In this document: positions 51,571-60,498 of the stretch, one piece after another
How the letters are laid out: the number at the start of each line of letters is the position of its first letter
Position numbering within the stretch: the first letter of the stretch is position 1
Source: a virus
Taxonomy: Duplodnaviria > Caudoviricetes
Reading direction: 5' to 3' (one strand)
Length of the DNA stretch: 64,000 nt
IMG/VR virus record: IMGVR_UViG_2595698868_000001
Span: 215,968 to 279,967 of that record
The notes under the pieces: generated by a model
Told to the model about the DNA's origin: nothing
Seen by the model: the letters and a program-made list of their open reading frames with translations, nothing else
Databases searched by the model: none
Program-made: the position numbers and the translations under genes

Positions 51571-52139
51571 GCGGAAATATCACGGCCACTCGTTGGCGCG
51601 TTTGATCTGGTCCTGGATCACGCCGATGACGTGCTCCTTCGTCTTCGCGCGATCGCAGTCGGCGGTGATCGATAGGAACACGGTTGGACCGAAGGCGCCG
51701 TCATATTCGACGTTCTCGACGCCGGCGATCAGTTCGAGTCGTTCCGTCAGGGTCGGCTTGAGGCCGTGCTTCGGCTCGACGAGACGAGCGACTGCCAGCC
51801 GCTCGGCCTTCGCGAGGGCGTCGTACGCCTCCTGGCCGAGATCGACCGTGTAGCTGGTCTGGACGGGTTTCAGTGTGAGACCCTTGAGCGCGTCAATTCG
51901 GCGCGTCTCGTGAACGGCGGCCCGAACCCGATCCTTGAACGTCTGCATCACTCGACCTCGTACAGCCGGGCCAGCATGTCGCTGACATCTTGATCGTCGA
52001 AGGTTGCGCTCTTGTGCAGCTTCTCGATCAAGGCCGCGAGCACGAACCCGATCCCTACGTCGACCACGGCGTGGCTCAACGGCACCGGCGTCGCGGTAGG
52101 GATATTCGCCTGTCTGACCTTCATCATGTCCTCGTGGAG

Positions 52140-53456
52140 TTAGGGGAAGAAGCTGTACTCGCCGGTCTCGACCAGCGTCACTTCCTTCGGGTCGGTGGTC
52201 CAGGTCGCGCCCAGCACGTCGACGATATCGAGATCGTTCAGCAGGCCGCGCGTATGCAGCTTGCCGATCAGCCGGCTTACCGTGACGCTCATGTGGCACG
52301 CGCTCTTCTGCATCTCCTCGCGCGCGGCTTCCTCGGCGCTGTACCGGAGAATGCCGTGGTCCTCGGAGTCGACTTCCTGTTCGCGTTGATAGAACGTCAT
52401 CGCACACCTTCATTCGCAACGCGGAGCCGATCATACGCAGACATCGGAGTGTCGGCGCGGGCCTCGAACCGGGCGCGGACGGCGGCGTGCTTGCCCAGCA
52501 GTTCGGCATGCTGGAGCACATCCAGGGAGTCCGCGCCAGCGGGCAGCAGATAGGAGTCCTTGATGAAGATGAACGTCTTGCCGCCCTTGCGGACTTCCTC
52601 GTACGCGGCCTTCACGTCCTCATTGAGGATGCCGATTTCGCCTGTCTCGATGCCGAACTGGCTGTAGAACTGAAGAACGACGGCCCAGGTCAACGGCGTG
52701 CCCTGCAAGGCTTGCGCGCCCACGATGCTTACCACTTCGTGGTGCAACTTCTTGAGTTCGGCAATGCGTTGGCGTGTGACATTCATCCGATCATCTCCCG
52801 CAGATCGGAGCGACCGAAGCCGGTCGCCTCGACAAGCGCTTCCATGAATTCCAGATCGCGTTGCTTGGCCGCGATCTCGGCCTCCTCGATCAGGCCCGGC
52901 CCATTCGGGTAGCCACGCAGTGCTTGCCAGCGCGCACCGCTGGCGGACTGCGCCTCCAGTTCGAGATCGCGGGCCAGGGTCCGGGCGTCATGCAGGGCCT
53001 TCGCCCGCTCTTGTAGCTTGGTCGGCGCGACGCGCGGCGGCTTAGGCTGTGCCTTCCTGTGACGTTCGGCGCCGGCGCACGCGGCCTCGAAGGTCGCGAA
53101 GCGCGCGACGTACATCACGCCCGGCTTGAGCCGCCTGCTGAGAGTGAAGGGTCGCTTGGCCCACCGGTTGTCGGCAGTCACCATCTCGTAGGCGATCTCG
53201 AAGTCGCTGTTCTGGTTGTTCCAGATCGCGATGCGGACCCGATAGGCGTCGAAGGTCATCGGCGCTTCAACACGATCGGCGCCGGCGTGTCGTCCTCGAC
53301 GTCCCAGGTCAGGAAGTGGTTGCCGTCGTGATCGTACAGGCTCTCTTCCTTGGTCATCAGGATCGTGTCGCCGGCCGCGTCCAGCAGCAGGATGAAGCCG
53401 TTGCGGCGTTTCACCTTGGCGATCGTGCGGCCTTGCAGGGTCTCGATCGCGGTCAT
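52140..53456 (-). other. coupled hypothetical CDS (52140-52400, 52397-52786, 52783-53259, 53256-53456)
   Basis: ATGA overlaps. Confidence 0.6.
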
Positions 53457-53587
53457 CAGCGCACGCTCACGGCGACCGGGAAATCGCGCGTCGAAATGCG
53501 CCCAACGATGGCGCCGGCCATGAACGCGCAGATGAAGCCGATCGCGAGCAGCAGTTGGGTCTTACGCATGGTGCCTCCTTGTTGAAG

Positions 53588-54019
53588 TTAAACGAGATCG
53601 CGCAGCGTGTCTTTGCGCTTCATCGCACGCCAATAGTTCAGGACGCCGTCCGGCGTGGTCTCGCCCAGGGCGGGATTACGCTTGTTGACACCGGCGAGAT
53701 CGAGGACGTCGTAGACCGCCAGCATCGCGTTGGCGCAGTCGCCGACGCTGGGCTCGGGCTTCTCGGTCGTGACCTTGAAGTTCCGGCGCAGCACCACGGC
53801 GATCATCTCGTCGAGCTTGCTCCACGGGAAAGCGGCGTCCAGCATGGTGCAGAACTCCTGGCCGATCTCGAACACGAGACCCGACGAAGCGCGATCATGC
53901 GGCGGCTTGAAGAACGTGTCTTCGATGAAGACCCAGCGGTCCTCGGCCTTCTCCCAGGCCTGCGCGATCTCCAGCGTAAAGCGGGGGCGCAACAGATTAA
54001 CGCGGTCGCGGTTCAGCAT
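53588..54019 (-). CDS. hypothetical protein
   Basis: AAGGAG RBS after the promoter. Confidence 0.65.
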   Translation of the reverse strand: MLNRDRVNLLRPRFTLEIAQAWEKAEDRWVFIEDTFFKPPHDRASSGLVFEIGQEFCTMLDAAFPWSKLDEMIAVVLRRNFKVTTEKPEPSVGDCANAMLAVYDVLDLAGVNKRNPALGETTPDGVLNYWRAMKRKDTLRDLV

Positions 54020-54589
54020 GGGGTCTCCTTATTGATCGTCACCGTGACCAGTAAAGAAACAACATGACGCGCGCAAGCGGAAAATTCAATTATGAGTTAA
54101 TCGCTAACGGGCGCCGCCCCCGCGAGGCCATCATCCACACTATCCTTCAGTTTCCGGAAAGAGCGCACCATGGCGTCGAAGGCGTACTTGGCCTGCCACA
54201 TCTCGCCACGCTCTCGGTTCTGGGCAATCGCATCCGCCATCGCATCCAAAACCTCGAACGGAACCCGCTCACCCTCGCCGGTCTGCTCAGCCCGATAATA
54301 GTCCTCAAGCCACGCGATCGCCGCGCCCGTAATCTCGCTCATGATTGCGCCTTGGACCGCCACGCATCCGCGCTCCAGCGCAACGTCTGGGTCAGTCCAT
54401 CCGCCCCAGCGATCGGACGCTCCTCGGCGACCTCGGTCCACTCGCCCTTAGAGTAGGTCGCACTAATCGCGTGCCCGTTCGACCACACCCGCAGCAAGCC
54501 TCCGTCCCAGACACCCCAACTGAGATCGGGCGCGATATAGCTGTCAGTCTGGGCGTCCGGTCGCGTCACTCGCAGCGTGTACATCTCAG

Positions 54590-55240
54590 TCACCAGCGCA
54601 GCACTCGATCTTCCGTCCGATAATTCAACTGCCCCATCGGGGTGCGGACCAGCGCCATCATCGTGTCGCCGACCCACTCCGGCCGCAGATGCGCCGACAG
54701 AACCGCGCGCCAGCGCCAGTCCCCATCCCGGACCTGATACTGGTCCAGCACCGTACGCGGCAGCGCCCCGCCAACCGGCGGCCCCAGGTAGACACGCTTG
54801 CGGGTCTTGGCGATCGCATCTAAGCGGGCAAAATCGCTGTCCCGGAATGGGCGCCCCAGGTTCTGGGGTGGAACCACCTTGATGGCCATGAAGTCCTGCA
54901 TCATGTCGCCGGCCTGAGGGCTGATCCGATACGCCAGCGCGACCTGACCACGACGGATCGCCTCACGCCGCATCCAATAGGTCGGGCCGGGGTCATTGGG
55001 GTACACGAACCTCCAGTCCTGCTCCACCAGAAGGTCTGCCTGCATCATGAACGAGAACACCTCCGGATCGAAGTCCGACCGCTCGCGCGCCGGATTGCCC
55101 TCGGCCGTCCAGTCCGCCAGGGCAGCAGTGACGCGGTCGTGCATCGGCGCAATCGCCGCAGCAGCCTCCTGCACACTCCCGATCGCCGCCATCGACGCAG
55201 CAGCGCCCATCGCGGTCAACAACACTCGACGATTGATCAT
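54590..55240 (-). CDS. hypothetical protein with a Tat-like signal peptide
   Basis: MINRRVLL-TAMGAAASMAA twin-arginine pattern; AGGAGG RBS. Confidence 0.6.
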   Translation of the reverse strand: MINRRVLLTAMGAAASMAAIGSVQEAAAAIAPMHDRVTAALADWTAEGNPARERSDFDPEVFSFMMQADLLVEQDWRFVYPNDPGPTYWMRREAIRRGQVALAYRISPQAGDMMQDFMAIKVVPPQNLGRPFRDSDFARLDAIAKTRKRVYLGPPVGGALPRTVLDQYQVRDGDWRWRAVLSAHLRPEWVGDTMMALVRTPMGQLNYRTEDRVLRW

Positions 55241-55580
55241 GAACCCCTCCTAGCCTACGCTCTTCATTATAGGAGACCCGCGTAGCGGTCAAAGGGGAAA
55301 CTAGGCCATTCGAGCAGCACGCGAGCCGCCGGCCGGCACTCGCGGAGCGAGTCCAGGAGTCAGCTAGAATAATTGGGACACGGCCGAATTGCGCAGCAAT
55401 TATGTAGCCGGTCGTCGGAAAAATTTCGGCCGACACAGTCGCTGGCCGGCACACCTTACCGGATTCGGCAATATGGAGCCAAATTGCCCTGCTGGCGCGC
55501 TGGTTTATCGAATACGGTAACGCAGTCGACACGAGGCCGGCATGGTCGCATGGGCGTCTCGACCATCTCGTCAATTGATT

Positions 55581-55632
55581 GTCCGGAGGACGCGTCGGCG
55601 GAGCCGATCACGAGGAGCGAAGCTCCGAGTGA
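55581..55632 (+). repeat. GNA-loop triple-hairpin element, copy C
   Basis: gtcc-GGA-ggac gcg tcggc-GGA-gccga tcacGAg gagc-GAA-gctc cGAgtga. Confidence 0.8.
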
Positions 55633-55644
55633 CAGCCCGGCCTA

Positions 55645-56073
55645 TTACCCCTGCTGGACCAGCCGGCGTGCTTCTTCCTCGCCCGCCGATGTCAACTCGT
55701 ACGTGCGAGCGCCCAGATCAGCCGTGATCAGGCCCGCCTCCACCAGATGGTGTACCGCGACGTAGTTCGAGGCGAAAAATGATCGCGTGCCCAGCGCCGC
55801 ATCATAGAGCAGACTCTTTTCGACCGGACGGAGCGGGATCGGTTCGTCAGCATATCGCTGCGCCTCCGCTACCCCCTCGGGCGTGAACTCATATTCACCA
55901 CCCGAGCGCGGCGTCCGCGCCAGGAAATGTCCTAGTTGACGCTCAATCACCTGTTGCTCACTGCCCAGCGCCACGATGTGTGCGCCCTGCTGACGGATGC
56001 GGCGTAGGACCCTCAGGGCCGCGTCGGTATATCGGAGTGACATGGGTAAGCTGTAGCGCAGCCATCTCTCCAT
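55645..56073 (-). CDS. tandem winged-helix-like protein
   Basis: YEFTPEG and LVEAGLI..YELTSAG; flanked by copies C and D. Confidence 0.55.
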   Translation of the reverse strand: MERWLRYSLPMSLRYTDAALRVLRRIRQQGAHIVALGSEQQVIERQLGHFLARTPRSGGEYEFTPEGVAEAQRYADEPIPLRPVEKSLLYDAALGTRSFFASNYVAVHHLVEAGLITADLGARTYELTSAGEEEARRLVQQG

Positions 56074-56212
56074 GACAACCGCCTAGGCATCCCGCTCCGG
56101 TGGACGTCTCGACCATCTTGACCGCCTCGGTTGTAAGGCCTCGTGGCTCGTCTCGACCACCTCGGTTGCGAGCCCTTGACCTACTAGGGTCCTTGACTAC
56201 TGATCTTCTGGG

Positions 56213-56270
56213 GTCCGAAGGACGAGCCGGCGGCAGCCGGTCACGAGCGCAGGCGAAGCCCAGCGAGTGA
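56213..56270 (+). repeat. GNA-loop triple-hairpin element, copy D
   Basis: gtcc-GAA-ggac gag ccggc-GGCA-gccgg tcacGAgc gca ggc-GAA-gcc ca gcGAgtga. Confidence 0.85.
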
Positions 56271-56338
56271 TGTGCCAGGATCGTTGACACCGGGCTGCCA
56301 GTATTCTAGACATGGTTAACTCCGACCAGGATTAACCG

Positions 56339-57598
56339 ATGTCCCGCATCCCTCAAATTCAGAAGACGATCCACGGCGTGCCCGTGGACCATACCACCTA
56401 CCTTCGCGCGATCTTGGACGAGATCGACCGTTATCCCGATGGCGCTCGTAACGCCGATGTGGCGCGAGGTCTAGGCCCGGAGTGGGCCGAACTGCCCCTG
56501 CGAACCGTCCTGTCCCAGACCCTGGTGAACATGGCGCGCCGTAACCTCATCTACCGCGACCTCGGTGAGCGAGGCCTGTATAAGGTGTCGATGGTGGCGC
56601 GCCGCTCCGGCGTCAATAAGTTCGACTCCGATGAGCAGTCGATCCTCGCCGCGATCCGCGCCGAAGGCGGGATTTGCCAGTGGCGCGACATCCTGGACGC
56701 CCACGACTGCCGCCCGAAGGGCGTAGACGCCAGCATCATCAAGGCATCGCCGCTCTATTCGCGACTGACCCGCGTAATCGCGAACAGTCAACTGATCCGG
56801 CAGGACTTCGCTGCCCGTGGCGTCTACAACCTCCCCTGGGCCGAACTCGGGAGCCTTCCGCTGCGCGGTAAGTGGTTCGCCCTGATGTCGAAGGTCTCGT
56901 TCATCGAGTCCAGCGCCAAGGCGAAGCTTGACGTCGATCTGAACGTCTGGCGCGATCAGCGCGACGCCTATTTCGCCCACGTCGGCGAAGCGTTCGCGAA
57001 CCTCCGTAAGCAATTCGGCGATAGCGAAGACGACCTCCTGGCCGATAGCCGCGTCTACGGCGCCGTCGTGACCCTGGCGCGCGCCGCGCCCAAGGAGGTC
57101 AACATCATCCGAGCCGAATGGCGCGACCGCACCGATGTGTGGGTTCAGGCGCGCCGCGATGCCGCTGAAGCCGAAGCTGACGCCCTGGAAGCCGAGGGCA
57201 AGACCTGGAGCCACCTCCAGCCGATCGTGCGGCAGGATATCGAGGAGTACCGCGCCGGCCGTGACGACGAATGGGACAAGAAGCACATCCGCTGGCTCTA
57301 TTCCCGTTTCGAGCGAGGCACGGTCGGAACGCACGTTCACGCGCCGCTGCTCCTCTATACGGCAGTGGCGGAGCACTACGGCAAGTGCCCGGCGGCTCTC
57401 AGCCGTGGCCTGATCGTCGACAAGCCCCACGACGATGTCCGCCTCCGGCCGCATCGGACGCGCCGCACGTCCTGGGAAATGATCGAGGAGCAGATCGCGC
57501 ATGAAGTTGCCGATGAACGGCAGCGCGAACTCCTCTATCAAGATGACATCGACCTCGACGAGGAGTTGGACATCGACGAGACGCCGTCGTCCATGTAA
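56339..57598 (+). CDS. hypothetical DNA-binding protein (N-terminal winged-helix-like repeats)
   Basis: 419 aa; ARNADVARGL..LVNMARRNLI..RGLY; upstream TTGACA N17 TAGACA. Confidence 0.7.
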   Translation: MSRIPQIQKTIHGVPVDHTTYLRAILDEIDRYPDGARNADVARGLGPEWAELPLRTVLSQTLVNMARRNLIYRDLGERGLYKVSMVARRSGVNKFDSDEQSILAAIRAEGGICQWRDILDAHDCRPKGVDASIIKASPLYSRLTRVIANSQLIRQDFAARGVYNLPWAELGSLPLRGKWFALMSKVSFIESSAKAKLDVDLNVWRDQRDAYFAHVGEAFANLRKQFGDSEDDLLADSRVYGAVVTLARAAPKEVNIIRAEWRDRTDVWVQARRDAAEAEADALEAEGKTWSHLQPIVRQDIEEYRAGRDDEWDKKHIRWLYSRFERGTVGTHVHAPLLLYTAVAEHYGKCPAALSRGLIVDKPHDDVRLRPHRTRRTSWEMIEEQIAHEVADERQRELLYQDDIDLDEELDIDETPSSM

Positions 57599-57620
57599 CG
57601 TCGAAGCTGATGAAAGATTG

Positions 57621-57650
57621 AAGAGGCCGCCCACTCGGGCGGCCTTTTCA
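57621..57650 (+). terminator. intrinsic terminator
   Basis: ggccgccc-actc-gggcggcc-tttt. Confidence 0.8.
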
Positions 57651-57766
57651 TCTATATAGCTTTTAGACCTATAATAGACCAATCACTCTCTAACCTTGGG
57701 TTGCTTCATTTTTATAGACGCTTTTGACGTATATTTAACCTAATGGATGCTCGATGCGCCGCTCCT

Positions 57767-57892
57767 CTCTTTACCCTAACCTTACTAAAGCACTTCTCGA
57801 CCATTAATTAACTACGCATCTGACAGGCTCAAGCCCTGCTCCCCTCTTTACCCTAACCTTACTAAAGCACTTCTCGACCATTAATTAACTAC
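57767..57892. repeat. two identical 49-bp direct repeats (57767-57815, 57844-57892) in an AT-rich intergenic region
   Basis: ctctttaccctaaccttactaaagcacttctcgaccattaattaactac twice, period 77. Confidence 0.95.
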
Positions 57893-58163
57893 CGACAGGA
57901 GGGTCCTCATTATAGTCTATTTCTAGTCTATAAGTGCTTTAGTCCCTGCTACGGGAAGGATATAGAGAGGAGAAAGAGTCAAAAATTGAGTCGGGACCGA
58001 CTCTTGCCGGAAAGTTGCATCCTGACCTCCGGTTGCTACCGCTAATAGCCGGTGCTTGACAAGGTTGACCGGCCAGTGCTACTGGCGGCAAACTGCCAGA
58101 AATCTTGACATGCTGGTGGGATCATGAGACGGATGCAGCATACAGTTAACGCTTTCAGGTCCC

Positions 58164-58736
58164 ATGGCTCGCGCCTATCTCCGCAATGCTCCCGAAGGGG
58201 ATCAACGTCCCGAACCGCTCAGCACGCCGGTCGTCGACCGGGCGCTGGAGTCACGTTTGCCGGACGTCAAGGCTTGGCTCAAGCCTCGCATCCCCTCGCT
58301 GGAAGACAGCGACATCAAGTTCGCGCTCTCCTCGGCGCTGAAGGGAAGCGGAGCCGACGCGTTCCGCGCCGGCGTCATTCTGAAGGACATGTTCTCGTGG
58401 CCGGTCGATATCGACCTGATCATGGTTCTGCGCGACGCGATCGAAGGGCTCGCCATCGCCCTGAAGATCGAAACTGGTCATTGGGTGCTGCGCACGGGCC
58501 TGCGCTTCCCCGGCAAGGATGGCGACACGATCGAATGGGAAGACGAAAACGGCAAGGCGCGCGCCGGCACGATTAAGACGATCGACCGCACCTATGCCCA
58601 GGCCCTGGTCCAGCCACCGGACGGCCTGACCAAGGTTTACAAGCCAGTCCGCGTGATCGCCGAGTCGGTCACCGCCAACATCACGCAAGCTGAATATCCG
58701 AAGATCATTCCGCTGGCGGCCAACGGAGCCGCGTGA
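58164..58736 (+). CDS. hypothetical protein
   Basis: 190-aa ORF downstream of TTGAC-type sequences. Confidence 0.7.
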   Translation: MARAYLRNAPEGDQRPEPLSTPVVDRALESRLPDVKAWLKPRIPSLEDSDIKFALSSALKGSGADAFRAGVILKDMFSWPVDIDLIMVLRDAIEGLAIALKIETGHWVLRTGLRFPGKDGDTIEWEDENGKARAGTIKTIDRTYAQALVQPPDGLTKVYKPVRVIAESVTANITQAEYPKIIPLAANGAA

Positions 58737-59032
58737 TGCCGCGCGGGCTGCCCTTCGCCGTCGACGTCGAGCGCAAGCGTGGCGATCACTCGCGCTACCA
58801 TCGCCCCTACGTTCAGGAGCGCATCGCGGTCCGGCGCGGCCGAGCGCTCATGGTGTCGCACAAGGAAGCGCTCTCGCCCGCCAAGATCGCCGCCTTGCCC
58901 GAGTGGGTCCGCAAGTTGCCGCATCACGAGGTGATGGAGCGCAGCTTCGACCTGATCGACGACTACAGCGTCGACATCCGCCTGATCACCAACCTGCTGC
59001 ACCACATCCGCGAAGAGGAGGCTGCGCAATGA
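58733..59032 (+). CDS. hypothetical protein
   Basis: Coupled ORF. Confidence 0.55.
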   Translation: MMPRGLPFAVDVERKRGDHSRYHRPYVQERIAVRRGRALMVSHKEALSPAKIAALPEWVRKLPHHEVMERSFDLIDDYSVDIRLITNLLHHIREEEAAQ

Positions 59033-59198
59033 ATGCTGTCGTAGCCGCCGGCGCGACGGGGGCCTGGGCCGCGCGCAACGCCCAACTCGACCGGGCACAC
59101 CCAAATTACGTCGAGGACAAGGTGTCCTGGCGTGACGACCTCTACGCGCTGATCCTCGCCGTGGCCGGGATCGCCACTGTCTTCTGGTTGTATCACTG

Positions 59199-59705
59199 AT
59201 GTCGCGTATCCTGGGCATCGACCCCGGCGTCAACGGCGCTATCGCGCTCATCGACACCGACGACTGGTCGATCTGCATTACCGACATGCCGCGCGAGCCG
59301 GGCAAGGGTGGCAAGAACGCCGTCTCGCCGGCCGGATGCGCCCGCATCTTCGACGCCACCGCGCCCGACTACACCTTCATCGAAGACGTCTGGTCCTCGC
59401 CCCAGATGGGCGTCGTCTCGGCGTTCTCGTTCGGACGCAACCTCGGCATCCTCGAAGGCGCCGCCGCCAGCCGATCCATCCTGACCAAGGTGCGCCCACA
59501 GGATTGGAAGGCCGCGACCAAGACGCCCAAGGACAAGAACGAGGCCCGTCGCCGGGCCATGCAACTTTTTCCCTGCGCCTACGACCTCTTCAAGCGGGTC
59601 AAGGATGACGGTCGTGCGGAAGCCGCCATCCTCAGTTTCTACGGGCTCCTCAGCATCAAGTTGATGCCGCCCAAGCCGCTTATCCTGGTGGAGTTCCCTA
59701 ATTGA
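59199..59705 (+). CDS. ruvC: RuvC-like Holliday junction resolvase
   Basis: ILGIDPG, FIEDV, AFSFG, PQDWK, DGRAEAA. Confidence 0.85.
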   Translation: MSRILGIDPGVNGAIALIDTDDWSICITDMPREPGKGGKNAVSPAGCARIFDATAPDYTFIEDVWSSPQMGVVSAFSFGRNLGILEGAAASRSILTKVRPQDWKAATKTPKDKNEARRRAMQLFPCAYDLFKRVKDDGRAEAAILSFYGLLSIKLMPPKPLILVEFPN

Positions 59706-60244
59706 CCTCGCGTATCAAGTTGGTCGGCGCGCGTACCCCTAAGCTCCGGATGTTCAAGCGATCAGGCCCGCTGCGCGGCAAGCGCGCCTCGGTCGTCATC
59801 ACGGATGGCTCCGGCCCGATCCCGTCCGAAGACGGCATCTCGTGGACGGCCGACCACGTCATCGACGATCCGCGCGAGCCGCGCATCACGCCGACCGGCG
59901 TCCTGGATCATCGCGGCATGATGTTGCTGCGCGTCGCCGTGCCGATCAAGGTGCCGATGGGCTTCGTCATTCCGAAGACTAGCCCGCCCGAGCCGGACGA
60001 AGTCGAGACCCTGATCCCCGAGGACATGCTGGCGGTCTCGGAAGTCGGCCTGGGCATCGGCTTCGTCACGCCCGAGGAAGCCGAGGAGAGCGAAGAGGAT
60101 CAGGCCAGCCTGATCATGCAACTGATTGAAGCAGCGCTCGAACAGACCAAGGGCGACAAGGTCGCGGCCAAGGCGCTGCTCGCCGAACAGGGCATCGAGA
60201 TCACGTTCAAGGACGAGGCCGCCGGCCCGGACAAGACGCCATGA
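59702..60244 (+). CDS. hypothetical protein
   Basis: Coupled ORF. Confidence 0.6.
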   Translation: MTSRIKLVGARTPKLRMFKRSGPLRGKRASVVITDGSGPIPSEDGISWTADHVIDDPREPRITPTGVLDHRGMMLLRVAVPIKVPMGFVIPKTSPPEPDEVETLIPEDMLAVSEVGLGIGFVTPEEAEESEEDQASLIMQLIEAALEQTKGDKVAAKALLAEQGIEITFKDEAAGPDKTP

Positions 60245-60492
60245 GCCCCGAGGACGTCGAAGAAGGCGAGCGGTTGAAGGCGGAAATCGACCGTCTGACT
60301 AATCGCCAGGAACTGGTGATGGATACGATGAAGGAGCATCAGTCCTCCGTCTTCAATCTCGTCGCCCAGAACGCCAACGACGAACTCATCGAAGAAAATC
60401 GCAATCTAGCGACCTTCTACTACGAATCCTTCCTCGACCTAACCATCCAAATCGGCCGTCTAACCACCCGACTAGAGGCCCTAGCGAAGTAA
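60241..60492 (+). CDS. hypothetical protein
   Basis: Coupled ORF. Confidence 0.55.
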   Translation: MSPEDVEEGERLKAEIDRLTNRQELVMDTMKEHQSSVFNLVAQNANDELIEENRNLATFYYESFLDLTIQIGRLTTRLEALAK

Positions 60493-60498
60493 AAGACA

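Noticed and set aside
54084-54100. CtrA box (TCAA-N7-TTAA), plus TTAAC half-sites in the 49-bp repeats
   Set aside because: Imperfect matches only, and the host is not established
57767-57892. CRISPR mini-array
   Set aside because: Only two 49-bp non-palindromic repeats; similarity extends into the flanks; no cas genes in the window
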